A stretch of 64,000 bases of DNA from Callorhinchus milii (taxonomy: Eukaryota), in the NCBI RefSeq assembly GCF_018977255.1, contig NW_024704742.1:131504001-131568000 (forward strand), in the 5' to 3' direction. The translations under genes and the position numbers were made by a program. Positions within the stretch are counted from its first letter, which is position 1. The number at the start of each line of letters is the position of its first letter. Below, in pieces: positions 12,792 to 25,160 of the stretch. The notes under the pieces are model-generated. The model saw nothing but the letters and a program-made list of their open reading frames with translations, was not told where the DNA came from and ran no database searches.

Positions 12792-13060
12792 ATGGAAAAA
12801 AGGCAAAAGAGATTCCTGGAGGAAGAAGAATTATCCTTTTCAGGGAATTTACAGGACAAGAAGCAATTATTTGACATTGACAGATCAGCATTTGAGCACT
12901 GCTTTCTCTTCTGCAGGGATACGCTCACTGATATACGCTATCAGTTATATGCTACCTTGAATTGCTGTCCTTGTTTGAAGGTAATAGGAGCTATAAATTT
13001 CTATGGTTCAGGTTTATTCCGGACTCCAGGAATTGATGTCCGTAATGAACAGAGAGATGC
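12792..13060 (+). mobile_element. PIF/Harbinger (HARBI1-like) transposase N-terminal relic
   Basis: AFEHCFLFCRDTLTDI...LKVIGAINFYGSGLFRT resembles the Harbinger HTH-region motif (RFRF.R.T...I...LKV.AAL.FYA.GSFQ). No DDE domain follows; a SINE begins at 13120. Confidence 0.7.
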
Positions 13061-13119
13061 TTCCATGCTAACTGCTGGGCATAGCTGTGAGTTTCTGAAT
13101 GGATGGTTAATCAGGGCTG

Positions 13120-13482
13120 TGGATTCTTGTAGTGTAATAGTTAGAGCACTCGCCTCGCAAGCCAGAGGACCTGGGACTCCTTAGGCACATTTTTTTACAC
13201 CACACCTATGTTTCCTTAGCAGTAAGTAGGAACCCAGTTATCAGTTGATTGGCAGATTGCTTTCCGGGGGGTAATAATCCCTTCAAAATAATAATAATAA
13301 TAATTTGGTCACTCAATCACGACTGTTTGTGGTACACTGCTGTGTGTAATCGGCTGCCACGTTTCTCCCACAAAATATACAGTGAATTCAATTTATACTA
13401 TATTGTGTGGGGCATTTTGAGACATCTCAACAATATGATAAGGTGCTATATCAAATTAAAGGATAATAAGGATTATTATTAT
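13120..13482 (+). mobile_element. tRNA-Ala SINE subfamily B
   Basis: gttagagcactcgcctcgcaag head, internal agcagtaagtaggaacccag, (ATT)n tail. Confidence 0.85.
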
Positions 13483-15106
13483 TGATTCTCTATGTCCAAG
13501 CAGCAACAGGTAGATTGTGTTACACTATAGGGTTTCCTGTGGCTCTTGCGCAGAGGACTGCACCGGTGGAGATGTGTGCATCCAGCCACAAAGTGGTAAA
13601 TTCATAAACAGAAACAGTTGTCTTTTCTTGGTTGTATTTCTTTACCATATCCTCTAGTCATCTCTTAGCACTTCACAAGCTTTTACTGTGAAGTGTAATG
13701 ATTGTTTTTTGTTGGCGATTGCCACAGCCAATTCACGCACAGCGATGTTCCACCAACCGCCATGAAGTGAATGACTAATTTTTATTATTTTTCATGCCGC
13801 AAAGACCCTCTGCGTATACAACGATTTTTCTAATCTCTCCCTTTGTTCTTTTGTTGATTACCTTAAATCTGTACCTTTTCAGTTACTGGAGAAGAAGGAT
13901 TATTCTAAGAAACCTGAGCTTCTCCTGGTGTCCTGGAAAATAGGTCATTGACTTCATGGTTGATTTTGAGACATTGCTGTGCACAAATTGGCTGCTGCGT
14001 CTGCCTACAAATAAATACACTGTATAGTAAATCCTGTGAAGCGCTTTGAGATGTCACCCCAATGTGAGAGGCAGTATTTCAAAGGGAAGGATTATTGCTA
14101 AGGCAGAGTCCATAAATTCTTTTGAAAAGGAATTAGAGGCTTGAAAAAGAGGAATGCTGAAGTGTAGAGGGAGGATTGAAGAGTTGGATTAGGTCACATG
14201 GCTCACGTGGAGAAAATAGCAGAGCAGACACGATGGGCTGAATGGTCTGTTTCTGTGATAGAACATTCCATCAGCCGATAAAATTCAAGAAGACAGCTAA
14301 TTTGGCAAAGAATTTAGTCTGAGGCTATGAGAGATAGAATAGTGTGGGGTTATTTATTCCTTATTATTCCTATTATTTTCTTTTACTTTAGAACCAGCCA
14401 GATGGTCAAATAAATCTCGAACACAGTAATGTGAACTCAAGCTCAGAAGAGAGAAGGCAAACCTCAGAGGTTTTAATAATAATCATAATAATAATCCTTG
14501 CATTTGATATAACGCTTTTCACGTCTTCTCGATGACTCAAAGTGCTTAACAGAATAGACTGTAAAGTGAATTGACTGGATATTTGTGGGTCTGTACATTC
14601 CCACAAATTGTTTTTTTCTGGGTCTGTACATTCCTTCGCCCCTGTAAAAAGAGTGAGATACATAGAAATCACACACTCCAAATGAGCGAGACCTGACAAG
14701 TCTATATCTGCTTAAACCACTTAGTGGTGCCATTGAATGATTGACAAGGCAATAACCATCCTTCAACGGATCACCTTCACAATCCCTTTGGAAATTTACC
14801 TCCTTCCATCTGTTTAACTGTTTGTGGAAAATATTTGTCGATTTCGTCCATCTGCTGTGAAAACTCTCGGAGTCTCTCAATTGACTATTTAACCTACTGT
14901 ACTCGGTCTTTACATCTTTAATATCTACATGTTCCTGCTTGGCGATGTCATCCATAGGCATGAGTGTTCGATTGCTTTTGTACAAAGAAAAAAACATAAT
15001 CCTTGCATTTGATATAACCTTTCATATTAGGAGGATGTCTCAAAGCATTACACAGGATTTACTGTGAAGTGTAGTGACTGTGTTCTGCAGACAAATCCAG
15101 CAACCA

Positions 15107-15670
15107 AGGGCTCTGTCCTTGGTTCTTTCCCCTTTAATGTCTACATGTCCCTACTCGGCGATGTCATTGGCAAGCATGAAGTTAACTTCTCTATCTCTCT
15201 GCCTCCACCCTCGATTTTAGGACCACTGCTATTCTGACCAATTGGCTGTCAAACATCAAGATGAGAGCTAACTTTCTCCAGTTTAATGTTGACAAGAAAG
15301 AGTCTTTCCTGTTTAGCTCCCATTAACACCTCCCCACCTCATGAACTAACAGCATCAATCTACAGAGTTGCACATTCCACCTCACGGAGCCAGTATGGAG
15401 TCCCTGTGTCTTATTTGACTCTCAAGTGTCCTTTAAAACCCATATTTGTGCTCTGACCCATTCATGAGACTCGGTTCCTGCATTCATCACATCCAGTACC
15501 CCAAGTCTTTACTACCAGACTCCCAACTCTTCCCTCCATAAGCTGCAGATCATCCACAACTCTGTGTCTTCCTTTGGACCCTATCCCTTCCAAATCCTCA
15601 ACAACTCCTTGGGACATCCCCCTGATGTGAAAGGACAGTATAAATGTAATTTGTTGTTATTATTGTTGTT
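15107..15670 (+). mobile_element. Degraded L2 RT fragment
   Basis: caagggctctgtccttggt (QGSVLG), gagagctaactttctccagtttaatgtt (RANFLQ.NV), L2 tail. Confidence 0.8.
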
Positions 15671-16565
15671 GATAGGGATCTTTAATATCCAACTTAGTTT
15701 AACGTCCTATTGGTGCCTGGTAGTCAAAGCTTTGACTTTCAGTCTAGATGGGAGCATTGCAAATTCTGACAAATAGCAGCTTAATTTAGTGTTGTCTGTT
15801 AAGTGAATCAGAAATTAGTCTAAATTATTCAAATGCAGTGGGTCAATGAGCTAGAATGAGACACCTTATGTGGGCTGATATATTCTAAAATTACTAATAA
15901 AATGGGACACTATAGGATGGAGGCAGTACAGATCACAAACCAAAGGCAATGTCTGAAGGCAACCAGGAGAAAACTGCTTATTATAGACGAACAAATTTTG
16001 AGACATCAAGATATTTTCTTTGTCATATCATTGATGCTAACAGTGACAGAAAGGTGGACACACAGGTTTTATCTATAAGGAAGGCAATAGTCTCCTAAAT
16101 GTCACGAGGCTAATCGCAGAAGACAGGTTAATGACCTCAAAAGGATGCGAATGATACAATTGCAACAAAGGCAATTTGAACTTATGTAACACCTTTCATA
16201 TTGTGGAGAGCTTAACTGAAAGCATTTTACATTGAAGGTTCTGGGGAACTGAGCAAGGTGGGGTGAGGAGGAAAGTGACTAAAAACACAGTAGAAGACTT
16301 TTGAAGAGCGAGATGGGATTTAGGAACAACAAAAAATTATATTTGTATAATGCCTTTCACATCAGGTGGACGGCCCAGTGTGCTGGATAGTTGAGCCTGA
16401 GGTTGGGATCAGGAGGGGTGGAGGGCACCGGGAGTAAGGTGACCGGAAGCACGGTCGAAAAGGAAGGGCTTGAGATGGGCCTTGAGGGAGAGGGCAAGAC
16501 GAAGGTACTGTGCTAAATTAAGTTAAAGGAAGGGAATTGAGGAAAAGCCCAAAGTACAATACAAG

Positions 16566-16890
16566 TGGAGTCCTGTAGCTCAGTGGTTAGAGCACTCGCT
16601 TTGCAAGCGAGAGACCTGAGTTCAATTCCAGGCAGGGCGAAACCTTGGGCAAGTTTCCTTACTCCACACCCCTAATAATAATCCCTCCAAAAAACCAAAA
16701 CAATAATAAATTGGTCATTTTCAACCTACGACTGTTTGTGGGACATTGCTGTGCGCAATTGGCTGCCGCGTTCGCCCACAAATATACAGTCAATTCACTT
16801 TACAGTGTGTTCTGTGAAGCGCTTTGGGACATCCTCCCGACGTGAAAAGCGCTATATCAAATGCAAGGATTCTTATTATTATTATTATTA
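16566..16890 (+). mobile_element. tRNA-Ala(TGC)-derived SINE, young subfamily A, full length
   Basis: A box tagctcagtgg, anticodon arm ctcgc-tttgcaa-gcgag (TGC at 16602-16604), B box gttcaattc, (ATT)n tail; near identical to several other copies in the window. Confidence 0.95.
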
Positions 16891-18557
16891 AATGCAAAGG
16901 TCCAAAATCTCATTGGGTCATGTGGCTGGTGGGATAAGGATGGTCAAGATGGGTTGGTCAAGAGACTGGAAAAAGAGTAATGCTAAGAGATGGGGCAGTT
17001 GCTCCTATAAGCAATGGGGGAAAATAAAAGGATCAGAACCTGACTTGATTGGGTATTAATAATACAATATTCTTATATTTTAATGCAGCAGCTTTCACAG
17101 AAAGGACGTCTCAAAGAGTTTCACAGAATATAATAATTATCTTTACATTTGATGTAGCACCTCATTACATTGTTGAGATGCTTCACTGTTAAGTACATTT
17201 TGTGGGTGATCACAGCAGCCAATTTGCAGCCAGCAATCCCACAAACAGCTTTAAAGTGAATGACCAATTTTATCTGGGGGATTGTTGACCAGGACACCAG
17301 AAGAAACTTTTCCTTCTCTTTTTGACTAGTCCTCTTCGATCTTTAACATCCACCTGATCAGGTGGTTCAACATTTCATTCAAAGAATGCCACTTCTGACA
17401 ATGTATTGAAGTGTCAGTCTTGACGGTATGGGTTCCAAGAGATGACATTAAGCAATGGAATCAGAGGAGAATATAATCAATGACTCCAGATGTATGGTAG
17501 AACAGTGTGGATAACAGAGGAATCGAGGGAAGGTCAGAGGGAAGCATGGGAATAAAGGAAGCAACTCCTCTTTAACCAATTAAGAGAGGAAGAGAATAAA
17601 GTGATTACATTGCACTAAATTATTCAATTGGAATCTGAAACCCAATTAATTTATGTTGTAACGTAACTTATTGCTCTGTATTAATTTATTCAGTCGCAGG
17701 CTGAAGGGAACTTAATTTATTGGTTGTTATTAATTTATTCAATCAAATGCTGAAGGAGAAGTTAATTTGTTAGTTGTGGTTTCCGTGGTTTTTTTGTGGC
17801 TTACAGAGCTGGGAGCGAGTGAAAAGAACACCCAGACAAAGTGGGGAACGATTAATTGAAGGGATGGCATATTTTATCCAAGCAAGTGGACAGACAGTGA
17901 GGCTATATTAGTTATAGTCTCTGCACCACTAGGTGTGGGGGAGAAGGCATTGATTCTTAACAAAAAGTACAGGGCTGAGAAACATCTCAGTCTTTTGTTC
18001 AAACCTTGACTTTTCTTTAAACCCATGTCTTCTATGTTAATCCTTTGTCTACTTTCCTTCATTTCCACAACATCTGCCACTACTTCACTTCCAAGGCAGC
18101 TGAAACCCTCATCCACTTTGTCATCTCCTTGACTTTTCCAATGGCTTGCTTGTCAATCTCCCCAGCTCTATCCTCTATATCATATGTATAATTGTATGAT
18201 TATATCATGTGTATAGTTAAGCAGTTTGAGACAACTTGAAGATGTGATAAAGTGCTATATCAAATGCAAGGATTATTATTATATGATATAACTGCTCTTA
18301 TCAGCTCATTCATGCACTCCCCAAAAGGAAGAATAATTCTCAAACTTTAATACTGAGAGAGAGAGCACTGCATTGCTTTCAGTATAATATTAAGCTAATT
18401 TCCTGTCTGAGTATTCAACCACTATGTCTCCACTTTCTGAAACTCTCTCTCAAAATTACCTTTTGCCTTGTACCTTATCTCCTTACCTTCAAAAATCTCT
18501 CAACAACCAATTGCTTTGGTTAACACTCTTAAATTCCTCATTCCTCGCCTCCCCGCC

Positions 18558-19625
18558 TGGTGCTCCTCTGTCCTCAGGGCTCTGTCCTCGGTCCCCTTCT
18601 CTTCAACATCTATATGCTTCCTCTTGGTGACATCATCCACAAACATGGGGTCAACTTCCACATGTATGTGGATGACACCCACCTCTACCTCTCTGCCTCC
18701 ACCCTTGACTCCAGGACCACTGCTGTCCTGACAGAATGTCTGTCAGACATCAAGTCCTGGATGAGAGCTAACTTTCTTCAGTTGAACGTCAACAAGACTG
18801 TGGGTCTCCTGATTGGCTCCCGTCAGCGCCTCCTCACCTCAGGCGCTGACAGCATCACCATCCATAGATGCACCCTCCATCTTGCTAAACCAGTCCGGAA
18901 TCTTAGGGTCTTGTTTGACCCTCAACTATCCTTTCTTCCTCACATCCGTGCCATGACCCATTCCACCTTCCCCCATCTCCGCAACATCGCCTAGCTCTGC
19001 CACTGTCTCATACTACAAGCGGCCGAAACCCTCATACACGCTTTTGTTATATCGAGGCTTGACTATGCAAACTCTTTGCTTGTCGACCTCCCCAAAACTC
19101 CCTCCATAGGCTGCAGATCATCCAGAACTCTGCAGTCCGTGTCCTCTTCGGCACCAGGCTCCGAGACCCTATCACCCCCATCCTTGCCCGACTCAACTGG
19201 CTTCCCATCACACAGAGGATACAGTTCAAGATCCTGGTCCTCACCTTCAAAGCCCTCCCTGGCCTTGCTCCACCCTACATTTGCAACCTCCTAACTCCCT
19301 ACCATCATGCCCACTCCCTCTGCTCAGCAGGCTCTGGCCTGCTTCACCCTCTCCACCATTGGCAGGTGGGCCTTCTGCCACTCTGCCCCTACCCTCTGGA
19401 ACTCCATCCTGGAGGCACTCCGCCTCACCCCCTCCCTTGCCTCCTTCAAGACCCATCTCAAGACCCTCCTCTTCAACTGTGCTTTTGATCACCCTACTTC
19501 TCCCCCCGCCCTCCACCTTCCCCAGTCCCGACCCCCAGCTCAGGTCCAAAACACTGAATGTTCAGCACCATGGGACTTTCTCCCAAAATGAAAGGCGTTA
19601 TACAAATGTAATTTTGTTGTTGTTG
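18558..19625 (+). mobile_element. L2 LINE 3' ~1.07 kb (RT C-terminal half, disrupted)
   Basis: [20 protein letters not shown]...HMYVDDT...[10 protein letters not shown]; type 1 tail gaaaggcgttatacaaatgtaattttgttgtt. Confidence 0.95.
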
Positions 19626-19714
19626 CTGATCATTTTGGGATATTTATCCTATGTGGCAGGTACTATATAAATGGAAGTTGTTGTTTTTGTCTGATAAAAA
19701 TAACAATAATAATA

Positions 19715-20112
19715 ACAATCCATACATTTAAGGCTGGGCCTTTCATGTCAAGAGAATGTCTGAAGGTGCTCATAGGATATACTGCAAAGGGTAAACACAT
19801 ACCTAAGAATAGACATAGCATAAAAGACAATTTGCACACAGCAATGTCTTACAAACAGCCATTAAGTGAAATACCAATTTTATTTGTGGGATTGTTGGCC
19901 AGGACACTGGGAAAAACTCCATTCTCTTTTTGAATAATACTGCAAAAACTTCAACATCCTCTTGAACAGGCAGACAGGACCTTGGTTTAAAATCTCATCT
20001 GAAAGACAGCTTAATAGCTTGTCCACAGTTGGGAACCTCTAAGAATGCAGCTCAGCATTGGAGTGTCAACCTAGAGTATATGATCTTGAACTATTCTGAC
20101 TCAGAGGCGATA
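19715..20112 (-). mobile_element. DeuSINE-type SINE
   Basis: Reverse complement of the Deu core (ttggccaggacactgggaaaaactcc; ttggtttaaaatctcatctgaaagacagc) and of the head (ttctgactcagaggcgatagtgctacc). Confidence 0.8.
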
Positions 20113-21499
20113 GTGCTACCGTGGATGATCTGGTTGCAGGGTATTACTGGTGCACATGTTTTAATTGCTATCCAAGATAAAACAAATAAAATTGGTATTG
20201 CTTTTATAATACATTGGGATTGAAAACGTCCTTTGGGAAAATGATGGGGTAAGTAATAATAATAACAATGAATATCCTTACATTTGGTATAACACCTTTC
20301 ACAGGATACACTGTCATGTCCTATTGTCATATGACTGTGTATTTTGTGGGCAAATAAGCCGCAACACTGGGATACTCTTAAGCAAGGTTTCCTCATGTGA
20401 CAAGACTCCTGGAAGAGCAAAGGAAATAAAAAGGAGTGCTTGCATTAAGTATAGATCTATTCACATCAGGAAGACATCTCAATGTGTTTCACAGAATTTT
20501 ACTATAACGTGCAGTGACTCTATTTGTTAGAACACTGCAGACCATTTGCGCACAGCACAGCAAAATCTCGCAAACAGCCTGAAGTGAAAGACCAATAATA
20601 TGTGGGGGATTGTTGGCCCCAGGACAACGGGAGAAACTCCATTCTCTGGTATGTTACCATTCTGTGTTCCAGTCCTTTGTGGGTCTAACTGATCCTTCCA
20701 GTGGCATATGTAAATGCTTGTATCTTCAGGCAACACAACACCCCACTGAGAAACAGGGACAATTAAGGCTGCGAATAAGCATTAAACTAACAGGCAGTCT
20801 TGACAAATGGTTTTCTCAAGGTTTTCAATTACCTTTTCTTCCATATTCCCCCATTATATCTGTTCTCCATCACGGCAAACTACTTGCATGTAACCTTCAT
20901 CAAATGCAAAGAGTATTCATTTAGGAGGGCAGGAGGAAAGGGCACACAATTGAAATTATCAATGAGAGCAAAATAAAGATAGATTACCATAAAACAAAAA
21001 TACATTCATCTTAATAAGCCAGTTATTAAATCATCAATAATTATTTAGTTTGGAATAGTCAAGCATGATTTATGTTGTCTATACCATAATTTTATTGAAG
21101 TGATAAATTTAAATATTGTCACGGATGCATTCAAATGACCCTTATAGAAGATAGGATGAAATGCATTCTTTTTGAATCAATGTGTTAATTAGCACAAGGA
21201 ATGGGTTAATAAACACCACAACTTTGTTCTTATTATTTATTCACTCCTGCTGTTTCTTACTGAAGACCTGTCGGCACTCAAAACACTGCTTCCAGCCTCT
21301 GATCTCCCACGACCCCTTCTCCTTGTTAGCTGGGTGCCTGCTAAGGAAAACCCCATAGGAAACCAACTTCATACAGTTACTTTCCTGATAGAGGCAGCTA
21401 GAACATGGTTGTGGAGGCATATAAGGAGTTTGGACAAGAGAGCTTTGGATGGATAATGTACTTCTTCCAGATTACACATTTTATTAATCTCTCAATACA

Positions 21500-21790
21500 G
21501 CATTGAGCTGTTTCTTTAATGCCGTGGCCTCAAACACTCTTCTTAGTAACTTATTCCCATTGTTAATTAATTATTATTCATATTTCGTGAAAATGCCCCT
21601 TTGCAACCCTGAACCTGTGCCCTCTTGTTCTGCTGCAAAGCATTGTCCTGGGTTTTGTTTCTCCATCCCATTTAGAATCCTGTCTATGTCTATTGGGTCC
21701 CCTGTGAGGCATCTCTTTTCAAGGCTGAAAAGACGTTGTTTGTCTAATAGAACGTGGGATAGGGAACAAAGCATTGGGTGAAGAGACAAC
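21500..21790 (-). mobile_element. Old CR1 ORF2 C-terminal fragment
   Basis: LFSLEKRCLTGDPIDIDRILNGMEK resembles the CR1 motif LFSLEKRRLRGDLI..YKI..G. Confidence 0.75.
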
Positions 21791-22142
21791 TGCAAATTTT
21801 ACCCACATTGATTCTTTTCTTATGATCAAGGGGGGACAAAATATGCAGCATGCTGTCTGTGAGAAGGTATTTGTGAATATAACAGGCAGACTATAGACAA
21901 TAGGGCTTTTCACCTGCCTTTCATATCTTTAAGTTACATCTGCCTGGAACTGTGTTCCCAATGAATGACTTAACTAGGAGGGCATCGTGCATTTCATTTG
22001 ACGTTCATTTGTATGTATAACCGTTGTTACAGAACTCAGTAGAGGGTCAGAGATATAAGACTGTTCCTTGTCTGTCGCAGATAACAAGGCATTGCTTGCT
22101 GTGATATATTGAGCTTTGAACCCTGGTTGGGGGAGTGCTGGA

Positions 22143-22328
22143 GGAGAGAAATCTCACCTATTTACAGACAGCCTTTTTTTTCTTAGCATTTCAGAGAGTG
22201 TAAATTTTAAACATTTCTTAAATTAAGTCTTCAGAATTCCGACTCAATTTAACCAATTGTCTGAAAATTAGCACTCTCATAAATGCTAAAAAGAAATCAA
22301 ATGCAGGCCCAGGTGGAATTCTGCCCCC
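22143..22328. mobile_element. Palindromic MITE-like element
   Basis: Termini ggagagaaatctcacct / aggtggaattctgcccc; inner arms ttagcatttcagagagtg...ttaaattaagtc / gactcaatttaa...cactctcataaatgctaa. Confidence 0.7.
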
Positions 22329-24439
22329 TTGTCTGAATAATGCCTTCAAAATTAATTAAATAAATAAATAATTTGGTCACTCAATCCACGACTGTTTGTG
22401 GGACACTGCTGTGCGCTGTTGGCTGCCGCGTTTCGCCTACAAAATATACAGTCAATTCAATTTACAGTATATTCTGTGAAGCGCTTTGAAGACGTGATAA
22501 GGTGCCTGTGTCAAATGCAAAGTTTATTATTATTATTACATTTTCCCAAACTATATATTGAAATGTGTGATGCCCAAAATGCCTAACAACGCCTAAATGT
22601 TAAATCAGAATAAGCAATGTTTGCCTTCAAACGAGACATCTGTCGGGAGGCTCAAAGGTTTATTTGAAGCTGAGGTTTCTATTCTCAGTCAGAACAGAAA
22701 GCTGGGCTGTCACAATGTAGCCAAAAGCTTGACATTAACATACAGTGGGTTCAGGGGTTGAAATCTTGCCTATTCAGAATTGACAATCCAGTTTTTCTGT
22801 AAGGTTTAATGCCACATATTGTATTATCGGTGAGAATTGCCTGCAAGATTGCCATTTACTACAGCAAATAAACTGCTTGATTCCTATTATTGCATCTTGC
22901 TCTCAGTCCCAATCGAGGAATAGGGTTACGAGGCACAAATGATCCTGTAAGGCTCCTGCCTCTCTCACTGTCCCTCTAACACACACAATCTGCAGCGCTG
23001 TGTAATTTTGTCCTTGGGAATATTTGTTTGGCAAAAGTAAATGGCAGGCAGTGTGCTGCTTCATCCAGTGGAGCCTTTGTTCTGTCGTTCGTACAAATCA
23101 CTGAGCTCTTGAAATTCTCACAGGCTTTTTGCCTTTGCTGTCCTTGATGCACACAAACACTGGCACTGTAATATAGCCTGTATCTTGACATTCATTCATT
23201 TTACTCTAATGTGCTCGGAACTATGCGGGGCAGTTTTTTTTCCTTCGCGCCGATCATAACTCAACTCTTGTCTTGAGGAGGTGCAGATCAAGTCAGAGGT
23301 TTTATTCCTTTGTTGTTACTGTGTGAGGTGTATGTGTGTGTGTGTGCAGAGAGGATGGGGTGGGGTGGGGTTGAGAGAAAGAGGAAGAACTCATCACTTC
23401 AACACACTGGCCCCGTGATGTTTCTGCCTATGGGAGGAATTGAAAATCACCATCTCGCCCTGCTTTGTGATTATCCATTCATTGAACAAACAGACCACCC
23501 TTCCTGCGGCATTTGAAAGCACGGAAGAAAAAACAACCCACATTTGCAGAAGGATTGAAAAACCTGCACAAGCCAGCAGTTGTTCGTTCCAAATAATAAT
23601 AATATTCATCTTTGCATTTGACATAGTGCCTTTCATATCGGGAGGGCGTCTCAAAGCGCTTCACACAAGATTTACTGCAGAGTGAAGCTGACTGTATGTT
23701 CTGTCGGTGAATGCGACAGCCAGTTTGCGATGCAAAAGCAATGCACAACAGTGTCCCCAGCCATGAATTGAATGACCAATTTTATCTAAGGGATTGTTAG
23801 TCAGGAAGCCTTTCCTGTGCTCACAATAGAATGCCTCTATCAGAAATCTCAGCGTGGACTCATTTTTACTGTTGAGATATCGGAAGGGTAGCATTACAAA
23901 GCTGATTTCAATGGGACAGCTAGTTTGAGTTCTGCAGCCTTTCAGTCGTGAAATCATTGCAGTGCACACCAAAGTCTCGCAGCCATTTTATTAAAGTGTA
24001 AAATTGAACTCAGAGATTGCACTTGCGAGGTTTTTCTTACTGTGTTATCTCAGGGTTAGATTAAATTGTTATGCGAGGGATTTGATATCAGAGTAACTGA
24101 ACAGAATGATACTGTAGTGGATCTGTTAAAATGCCTCAAATATTTGAGTTGGAATTTAGATTAATACCATCTTTGCGCAGTTCAATAACCGTTTTGACAT
24201 AGAAACTGCAGCTTGTACAACTGCAGTCTCAAGTGAGGGCTGTGATTCAAAAGGGGATAAAATCTGCTGCGTTTCATAACATACTTATTCCTGTGTTAAA
24301 TAACACAAGGAACCCATCATGAAATTGTGAGCAAAGGGCTGCAGTTGCATTTGAGTTGTCACGAAAGCCAGCCTAGAGTTGTCCATTCCATCTCATTTAC
24401 ATAGGAACAAACAAACAACAAAAACTTACAGAACACAAA

Positions 24440-24790
24440 TTTTTTTTGGCCAGGTGCTTAAGAGCATCCAAATCAGACTGTGTGCTACCTTCAGGTGGAA
24501 ATGTGTTTGGAATAGAATACACACTCTCTCCCTGAAGAGATGCACTCCATCTACCACATTCTAAACAGTATTAATCGCAAGTTGGCAAAAGTCATGGCTT
24601 GGGGGATCCCAGAGTGTGGGGTTGAGGTACGGTTGGAGTTTAACCAGCTAAATGTGCATATCTTGCCTTGGAGAGCACTATCTCTGAAGCTTCCCACCAC
24701 TTGTCCAGCTTGGACCTCACTACTTGTTGGATCTTTTGTTTGCAGGGTTAGCAGAAACTGAATGGGAAGAATCCTTCCTCCTAGTCACTG
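24440..24790 (-). mobile_element. Family X retroposon 3' fragment
   Basis: gtgcttaagagcatccaaa, ggagtttaaccagctaaat and gaagcttccc motifs shared with 10193-10560; T-run (minus-strand A tail) at 24440. Confidence 0.75.
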
Positions 24791-24877
24791 TCCATTTTGA
24801 ACTGTTCCCTTAAAATTCACAGATTCATTGATTCCTCCCTCCATTACTTTCCAATTTATTCACAAAGTATAGATTTG

Positions 24878-25160
24878 CCACCCGTCTGCCCCACCATCGG
24901 TAGTCGGGCCTCCAGCCTCTCTGCTCCCACCCTCCGGAACTCTATCCCACATTCACTTTGCCTCCTTCTAGGCACACCTCAAGGCCCTGCTCTTCGACCG
25001 CGCCTTCGGCTACCCTCCTATCTTCTCTCTGTCCTCCATCATCCCTGATCCCAAAACCCCCCCGCCCCGCCCCACTCGGGTTCGAATTCCTGACCGTTCA
25101 GCGCCTTGGGACATCCTCCTAACGTGAAAGGCGCTTTGCAAATGTAATTTTGTATTGTAT
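24878..25160 (+). mobile_element. L2 3' fragment (type 1 tail)
   Basis: PTIGSRASSLSAPTLRNSIP; cagcgccttgggacatcctcctaacgtgaaaggcgc. Confidence 0.85.

Noticed and set aside
15985..16100. Weak RTE-like peptide FETSRYFLCHIIDANSDRKVDTQVLSIRKA
   Set aside because: Similarity to the YLGS..I...RI.KA motif is too weak to call without a profile search
16569..16640. tRNA-Ala(TGC) gene-like cloverleaf (also in ~10 other copies)
   Set aside because: Always fused to the same ~250-bp body and (ATT)n tail with no oligo-T terminator; these are SINE heads, not tRNA genes
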